Part shown: positions 56,452-64,000 of the stretch, in pieces
Layout of the letters: the number at the start of each line of letters is the position of its first letter
Numbering within the stretch: the first letter of the stretch is position 1
NCBI RefSeq assembly: GCF_009914755.1
Contig: NC_060947.1
Reading direction: 5' to 3' (one strand)
Length of the DNA stretch: 64,000 nt
Source: the human T2T-CHM13v2.0 reference genome, Homo sapiens
Made by a program: the position numbers and the translations under genes
Notes under the pieces: model-generated
The model's input: the letters and a program-made list of their open reading frames with translations, nothing else
Told to the model about the DNA's origin: nothing
The model's database searches: none

Positions 56452-57079
56452 TCACAGGCATAGAATCCACGAGAAGAGGTATCATGGTTGACAGTGTCTG
56501 GCATCCTCATTAATGACTCCAGAGAGACGCCAGTGACTGAACATGGCAGAGGACAGAAACCTCATGTTGTGGCTATGCATAAAGCAGAAAGGTCCTACCA
56601 GAAACAGTGCTTCCAAATTCCATTTTAAGAATGCCCCATCATTTCCCGGCCAGATCGCCCCTGACGAGATATTGCACTACCAACAGGAAGACACCGTTGA
56701 ATGCATTCTGGACAAAAGACAGGTCTGAGAGTTCACATGGATTCTGGCAAGGGAAACGTATGATTTGGCCACTGGCTCAGAAAACAGAGTTTTGGAAATA
56801 TAAGAAGAAATTAAACATGACGTACTGAGCTAATTACCCAGGACACACACTGTGAATCATTACACAAGATGCATTCTCCGTACAAGGCAGTGCTGGATGT
56901 AGACGTGACTCTAACTCATTATATTACTGTCTTCAGAGGCAAACATACTACTTGCTGGGTTTTTTTCCTCTCTGCATGAATGTGACAGGGAATATAAGTG
57001 TGCCCTTAGTTCTTGCATATTTGTGATGTTTTCTGATTCTCCCTCTCTCCCTCCACATTGATTGACATTTTCCTTTATC

Positions 57080-57224
57080 TTGCTTTTTATTTTATTTTTA
57101 TTTTTTGTACAGATGAGTTCTCGCCATGTTGTCCAGGCTGGTCTTGAACTCCTGGGCTCAAGCCATCCTCCCACCTCAGCCTCCCAAAGCGCTGAGATTA
57201 CAGTCATGAGCCACTGAGCCCAGC
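57080..57224 (-). mobile_element. FLAM_C-like monomer
   Basis: TSD gacattttcctttatctt on both sides. Confidence 0.9.
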
Positions 57225-58104
57225 AGACATTTTCCTTTATCTTTCTATTGAATTTGATAGGATTGATCATTATGCCTTTGAAATTCTCTTCTGGCTTGTC
57301 ATGCGACATTTTGGTTTCATAGACTCTAACTCAGTACCTTGCATACTCCATAAATAGTTGTTGGATTGATGAATGAATAAAGTAATTCATTAATTATCCC
57401 TTTTTTTCCATATTCTTCTCCTTCCTTTCTGTCTTCTTTGTTTTACCTGTATTGGCTTAATTACCACTTCCTTTACATAATCTCTGGATGATCCTTAAGA
57501 CTCATCACTCGGCTGTTTTCCCATCTTTGGATGCCTCATCCATTCTCATTTCATGACATTATGATCAGCAGAATGGGTGGGTGCAAAGATCTACTACAGG
57601 CAACAGAGAATAAGGGCAGGAGTCATCCTCACGGGCTGTGAGGAAACAGGTAGAACTGGGGAGTGTGGGCAGACAGGATTTGAGACATGATTTGCTGAGC
57701 TGGGAGGTCACTTCTAAGCAGTACAGGAGGTAGCTAGATACTACAGGTGAGCACAGTTATGAAAGGTAAGACAAGCACTAACTAGGGTAGCAAGCTAAGA
57801 TGGGAGTTTGGTTAATCAGTGCTGGAAACCAGGAAGACAAGAGAAAATATGGCATGCATGTCAGAGGTATGGTTTCCACATGCCAGATTCCACAGGGCAT
57901 ATTCTGCCGGGCATTGACCAAGGACCCCACTGTGGCAGACCAAGTATGCATCGCCTTTGAAGGAATACACAAGGTAAAGATTCCATTATAATTTTCAGCC
58001 TTTAACTATTCACTGGTGGAACTATTGCTCTTCAAATACCCTGGACATTTAGAATTTAGCCTTCTCCCATCACCTTAAGTAACCTATAACTAAACTCACA
58101 CACT

Positions 58105-59058
58105 ACTGATTCTGATTGAGTCTTTGCAAACTTATTTAGTAAAACTTATTTGGAACCCCAAATCAATATCTACAGCAGTTTTGAGGTCATTTGCTGGCAA
58201 ACGCAGAGCAGTAAAAAATTCTAGTCACCTGATGCATAGGTTCCCAGCTGAGGTTGAATAAGGAGACACTTTGCCTTCTTGTTTCAACCCTCAGACCTAA
58301 AACAAGTATCCTTTTTTATATCAATATAGTGGCACATTTTCCACATTTTTGTGCTCTTTGTTGGTGACTTTCCTTGTTTGAAACAGCTCCCAAGAGTAGA
58401 CTGCTGCAGTGCTGTCTAGAGTTCCCATGTTCAAGAAGGCTGGGATGTGCTGTATAGCGAAAATACATGTTAGAGACGCTTTGTTCAGGATGAGTCATAG
58501 TGCTGTTGGCTGTGGAGTCCACGTGAATAAATCAACAATATACATGCCACAAGGTGTCTTTAAATGGAAATACAGTCCAGGCATGGTGGCTAATGCCTGT
58601 AATGCTAGTGCTTTGACAGGCTGAGGTGGGAGGATCACTTGAAGCCAGCAGATCAAGACCATCCTGGGGCACATGATGAGGCCTCATCTCTCCAAAAAAA
58701 AAAAAAAAAAAAATAGCAGGGCATGGTGGCACACACCTGTAGTATCCTAGCTACTCAGGAGGTCAAGGTGGGAGGATCACTTGAGCTCAGGAGTTGGAAG
58801 CTGCAGTGAGCTGATTGCACCACTACACTCCAGCCTGGGGACACAGAGAGAACCTGTGTCAATAAATAAGTAAATAAATAAATCAACAGAAATACACATA
58901 AAACAATGTTATGTATTGATCAGTTGATGAAAATGTAACCAGAAGTTCCCAGGAACCTAACACTGTATCTTCCCCTAGGAGCAATATTCAATATTTGCTA
59001 ATTCAATGTTTAGGATGACATATAGAGTATCACTTCCATGAATAACAAGAATCAACTG
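58105..59058. mobile_element. MER82-like Tigger element split by AluJ
   Basis: gttcccagctgaggttgaa...aggaacctaacactgtat...cccctaggagcaat...aataacaagaatcaactg TIR. Confidence 0.82.
58576..58882 (+). mobile_element. AluJ
   Basis: Dimer with (TAAA)n tail. Confidence 0.9.
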
Positions 59059-59316
59059 TGCTCTATTTTCCCAGCATTTGTTTCCCAACCTCCTGCACTA
59101 AGGTGCAGCCTGTCTTTCATTGCTATGCCTTCTTTCACCTGCAAGCTAACATGTGGTTTCTACAATTCTCGATTCACAGGCTCTCTGCCTTCCCCTTTCT
59201 TTCCATTCTCAAAGCAATCCTCCCTTCCTGGAACCTATTTGATAGCTGAATCATTGCCATCTGATAGGAGCTGTTCTCCCCAGCTCCCAACTCCTTTCTC
59301 CTCTCTGTCAGCCTGG

Positions 59317-59460
59317 ACAAGGCATTGCCCTCTGTTCTTGCACAAGCCATTGCCCTCTGCCTTGGACAAGTCATTGCTCTCTGTCCTTGCACAAGCCATT
59401 GCCCTCTGCCTTTCCACAAGCCACTGCCTTCTGCCTTGGACAAGTCATTGACTTCTGCTC
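59317..59460. repeat. 24-25-bp minisatellite, about 6 copies
   Basis: Unit acaagccattgccctctgccttg(g/c). Confidence 0.92.
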
Positions 59461-59627
59461 TTAGTGTCCTCCACCTTCCCTTCCACCCAGTGAGATGTAT
59501 CACCATCTGCAGAGTCCAGTGGAAGGGGCACCTCTTCCATGAAGACCTCTATGGTTCCTACCTTCCGCTTTCCCTTATCCCCATACTCTCAGAGGTCCTA
59601 TGGTCCAAGGCACTAATGTAATAAACT

Positions 59628-59663
59628 AACCGAGTCAACTTTCTCAACCAAGTCAACTTCCTC
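59628..59663. repeat. 18-bp tandem duplication
   Basis: aaccgagtcaactttctc / aaccaagtcaacttcctc. Confidence 0.8.
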
Positions 59664-59809
59664 ATCAGTTTGGACAGATCCCATGGCCAAGCACTTTTTA
59701 TGGGAAGAACCGGTAACCTCTTTGTGCTTCTTGGGATTGTCCACAGCACTCAGCACAGTTGCTGATTGAACTTTGCTCCTGTTTCCATCAAATTGAGACT
59801 TCCTGCAAT

Positions 59810-60004
59810 TAGGGTTGCAGGACAAAATATAGGATACTCATTTACATTTCATTTTCAGATAAACAACAAATGCATTTTTTAGAATTAGTCTAACTCAAAT
59901 ATTGCTTGAGATATACTTGTACTTAAAAATGATTTGTTGTTCATATAAAAACTCAAATTAAATGTGGTGTTCCATATTATCATTTGCCAAGTCTGATAAC
60001 CCTA
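59810..60004. mobile_element. MER53-like palindromic hAT MITE
   Basis: tagggttgc...aaccctA TIRs; ttcagataaacaacaaa...tttgttgttcat internal symmetry. Confidence 0.82.
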
Positions 60005-60005
60005 C

Positions 60006-60750
60006 TGCTATGGACTGAGTTGTGCTCTCCACAAAATTCTTAAGTTGGAACCTGTATTAGTCTGTTCTCATGCTGCTGATAAAATCATACCCGAGACTTG
60101 GTAATTTATAAAGAAAAAAGAGGTTTAATGGACTCACAGTTCCACGTGGCTGGGGAGGCCTCACAATCATGGTGGAAGGCAAAAGGCACACCTTACATGG
60201 CAGCAGACAGGAGAGGACTTGTGCAGGGAAACTCCCCTTTATAAAACCAACAGCTCTCATGATACTTATTCACTATCATGAGAACAACACAGGAAAGACC
60301 CGTCCCCATGATTCAGTTACCTCCCACCAGGTCCCTCCCACAACACATGCGAATTGTGGGAGTTACAACTCAAAATAAGATTTGAATGGGGACACAGGCA
60401 AACCATATCAGAGCCCTAACCTTCAGTGTGGCTGTATTTGGAGATAGGGCCTATGAGAAAGTGATAAAGGTTCAATGAAGTCATAAGGATGGGACTCTAA
60501 TTCTATAGGACTAGTGCACTTACAAAAAGAGGAAGAGACAGCAGAACTCTCTCTTTCCACCATGTGAGAGGGCACAGCAAGAATGTAGCCCATCTGCAAG
60601 TCAGCAAGGGAGCCCTCACCAGAAACCAACTCTACTGATCCTTGGTCTTGGACTTCCAGCTTCCAGAACTGTGACAAAACAAGTATCTGTTATTTAAGCC
60701 ACTCAGTCTGTGGTATTTTTTTATGGCAGGCTGTGCTGATTTATATACCT
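60006..60750 (+). mobile_element. MLT1A/B-like LTR split by THE1
   Basis: tgctatggactga... // gtgtggctgtatttggagatagggcc...ttggacttccagcttccagaactgtga. Confidence 0.85.
60053..60410 (-). mobile_element. THE1B-like solo LTR
   Basis: tgtattagtctgttctcatgctgctgataaa...aaaccatatca; TSD gaacc/gagcc. Confidence 0.93.
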
Positions 60751-61459
60751 ACTGACAAGTTTTTAATTTTTGCTATGTCATTGGGGAAAAAAAACTACTT
60801 TATAAGGAATACAAAAGTAGCAGATTTCTAGCTTCTTAACTGTGAAGTGGAAACATACACAATTAAAAGATTTAAACCTTAGTGAGGAAATTATTATCAA
60901 AGGTAAATGTATAGAAAGCAATCTGTAAATATCATGGCTGAGGAGACACAAAATGTGATCCAAGTCAGGTTAGATGAATTGATGCTGATGCCAAGGACGT
61001 GACCTTGAACCCGATTTTGGAGGAAGAGAGAACCAGATTTTTAGAGAAGTCAAGGAAAGGTAAACAAATGCCCTGGAGAAGCTAATGTAGAAATGATCAC
61101 ATGAATTCATTCATGTCTTGCTCTTCCACGTCACTGTCACTGATGTGTTATTGTTTGTTTTTACCATTTTCCCCCTAAAATATCAAGAAAAGTGTTCATG
61201 GATTGTGAATTACAAAGCCTGATACAATTAGTCACAAGGGACCATTATGAGTCCTTCTGCAAATGTCTGCAAGGGCCAGGGAAATAAAAAGTACTTACTT
61301 GTCTGAAAAAAGCAGGGAAGTAATTAATCACTATATGGTAGTATTTACGCACGCTATGAAGATGATTCCCTAGGATGAAAATTCCTATTGGTAACATTAT
61401 TCTATGCAACCATTATTAACTTAGTTAGAAAGGCAAATTTAAAAAATTTAGAGCCCTAC

Positions 61460-62025
61460 AGAAATACCATTTGACCCAGCAATCCCATTACTGAGTATAT
61501 ACTCAAAAGAATCTAAATCATTCTATTACAAAGATACATGCACATGTATGTTCATTGCAACACTATTCACAATAGCAAAGGCATGGAATCAACCCAAATG
61601 CCTGTCAGTGATAGACTGGATAAAGAAAATGTGGTACATATACACCATGGAATACTATTCAGCCAGAAAAAGGAACGAGATCATGTCCTTTGCAGCGACA
61701 TGAATGAAGTTGGGAGCCATTATCTTTGGCAAACTAACACAGAAACAGTAAACCAAAGACTGCTTGTTCTCACTTACAAGTGGGAGCTGATGGATGAGAA
61801 CACATGGACACGTGGAGGGGAACAACACACCCTGGGGCCTGTTGGAGTGGGGGATGGGAGAGGGAGAGCATCAGGAAAAATAGCTAAGGGATGCTGGGCT
61901 TAATACCTGGGTGATGGGATGATCTGTGCAGTACACCACCATGGCACATGCTTACCTATGTAACAAACCTGCACATCCTGCACATGTACCACGGAGCGTA
62001 AAATAAAAGTTGAAGGAAAAAAAAA
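61460..62025 (+). mobile_element. Older L1PA (about PA13-16) 3' end
   Basis: taccatttgacccagcaatcccattact...cctatgtaacaaacctgcacatcctgcacatgtac; TSD aaaaatttagagcc(c/t)ta. Confidence 0.9.
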
Positions 62026-62965
62026 TTTAGAGCCTTAGGACCAATTAACTCTCAAAATCCCCAGTAAAGGGATGCAGGTATTGTCATACATTTGGAATGG
62101 TTGTTCTCTGCTGGCTTTACTCCTAACCACAACCACCTCCACAAATACAGCAAAGAAACTCATCTAATACAATCTTTCATAACAAGAGCTTCCAAAGATT
62201 TCAGCTCTCAATTCCTTCAGTGATGTTTCTGTAGCGGAGACGTGCAAAGTTTATCTGCCTCAGCTCTTGGAGTGAGATTTGTGAGACAATGCAAAGTCCT
62301 ATTTTTGTATCACAAGTCTGACATCAGCTCCATTTTCTGAGAACAAACAGCCAAAAAAGACTCACTGGAGCAGTTTGCAATCATTTGTGTGAAGTGGATC
62401 TCCAGGCTAGTCCTCAGGTTGATAAAGGTATAGGAACAGGACAGCAGAGCCAAGGATGGTGTGGGGGGGTTGGTTTTGATCTCTCAAAAGGTTCCATCTG
62501 TTACAGAGGCTACTTGGAGGAACTCACATGTACCCCAAACCAGGGAATCAGTCGTTCGACCCTGAAAAGGATGCATGGGTTTCTTTCTTTGTTTCTAAAT
62601 CTATTTATGTGGGAAGTCTTGAGATAGCATACAAAATTAAATGATGCTTTCCAAAGTGCACGTTTCAACAATTACTTCAAAAAAGAGGGTGTGTTTGGTC
62701 TCCAGTAGGTTGCTGTTACTACTCAACAGGCCAGATACAGTTTCTTGTCTAAATGCTGACCACCAGAAAAGCCGACTGCTATTTCTGATCATGGGTGCAA
62801 AGAGAGAAAGTGCAGGAATCTCAGAATAGGCTGACTGTCGGTCCTGAGGAGGTGGGCTGTTAGTTGGGAAAGTGATTAAAAATATTTTATATTTGCAAGA
62901 GAGAAGATAAAACAAGAGTGTAGAATATTTAATTTCCCACAACTACCACCAAATATTGTGTAGGC

Positions 62966-63250
62966 TGTATATAATATATATATATACTATATATTCTTCA
63001 TATTTATTGTATGTAATTACTATATATTATATAATTAACAAATGTAATAAATTTATTGGACATAATTATTATATATACTATTATATATTACTATAATATC
63101 TAATATTTTTAGTACTATTTATTTATTATACTATTACTATTTATTTGTTATTTACTATTATTAGCAAATAATAGTAATTTACTCATTACTATTAGTAAAA
63201 TATTAGTAATATAGTAATTATACATAATACTAATATGTTATTATATTTTT
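62966..63250. repeat. AT-rich low-complexity (TA/TTA) tract
   Basis: Nearly pure A/T. Confidence 0.9.
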
Positions 63251-63470
63251 TCTCTAGAGAAGCCTGACAATTTAAAATTCATTTTTAAATTTCAAAATCA
63301 CCTACCACCTTGATATATAAGCTAAAATAAAACTGCCTGCTATTGGTCCCCAAGGAATGAGTCAAATTGCCAAACTCTAAACTCATATAAACACTGTGAA
63401 GGGATAAATCTAAGCAGATAATAAGCAGATCAAAATAAAAAGTAGATCAAATAGTTTTCCTTAATAAGAC

Positions 63471-63832
63471 TGCCTTAGTCCATTTGGGCTGCTATAATAA
63501 AATACCATAGACTAGGTAACTTAAAGAAAACGGACGTTTATTGCTCACAGCTCTGGAGGCTGGGAGTCCGAGATCTAGCCATGGCAGATTCAGTGTCTGG
63601 TGGGGACTCGCTTCCTAGTTCATAGACGGCGCCTTCTCACTATGTCCTCACGTGGGGGAAGGGGCGAGGGAGCTCTGTGGGGTCTCTTTTATAAGGGCAC
63701 TCATACCGTCCATGAGGCTCCACTTTCATGATAGCATCACCTCCCCAAAGCCCTACCCTCTAATACCAAAACATTGTGGGTGAGGATTTCAATATAGGAA
63801 CTTGGGGGAACACAGATGTTCAGATTATAGCA
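63471..63832 (-). mobile_element. MLT1A0-like solo LTR
   Basis: tgccttagtccatttgggctgctataa...gttcagattatagca. Confidence 0.9.
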
Positions 63833-64000
63833 AGGACCTTTTCATTAGTGGATTTGTGAAATCGCTACAATCTACCTCAACAGGCAGGAGTTTAGAATCC
63901 TACTCCAGTTTATATTATAGGCTGAAACTTGATTTTTTTTCTTTAGCAGCAGATTATTGAATGGGTTGTTATGCATTGAGTTGTTGTCGTTGATCTGCAC

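Noticed and set aside
59317-59460. Regularly spaced repeats as a possible CRISPR array
   Set aside because: Units are directly adjacent with no unique spacers, in primate DNA with no cas genes.

Overview
This is primate (human-like) non-coding DNA, either intergenic or deep intronic, and dense in transposable elements. It holds about 25 Alu/FLAM/FAM copies, L1 3' ends, MIR and L2 relics, many solo LTRs (THE1, MST, MLT1, MLT2, MER21, MER39, LTR8A, LTR47, LTR16/33-like), DNA-transposon fossils (Tigger2a, MER47, MER82, MER33, MER53, MER58, MER94, MADE1) and several micro/minisatellites. I find no supportable protein-coding gene, RNA gene or CRISPR array; the longer ORFs come from simple repeats, Alu or L1. 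The most unusual recurring signal is nearby inverted copies that are far more alike than their age predicts: two Tigger2a copies (22221-23193, 130/140 identical in the best block), a 65-bp L2-like inverted repeat with a 36-bp perfect core spanning about 1.4 kb of mostly unique DNA (52962-54476), and a fold-back duplication of an Alu end inside an expanded microsatellite tail (44329-44808). Family and subfamily names are from recalled consensus sequences, not a database search. Many boundaries are approximate unless a target-site duplication (TSD) is quoted.
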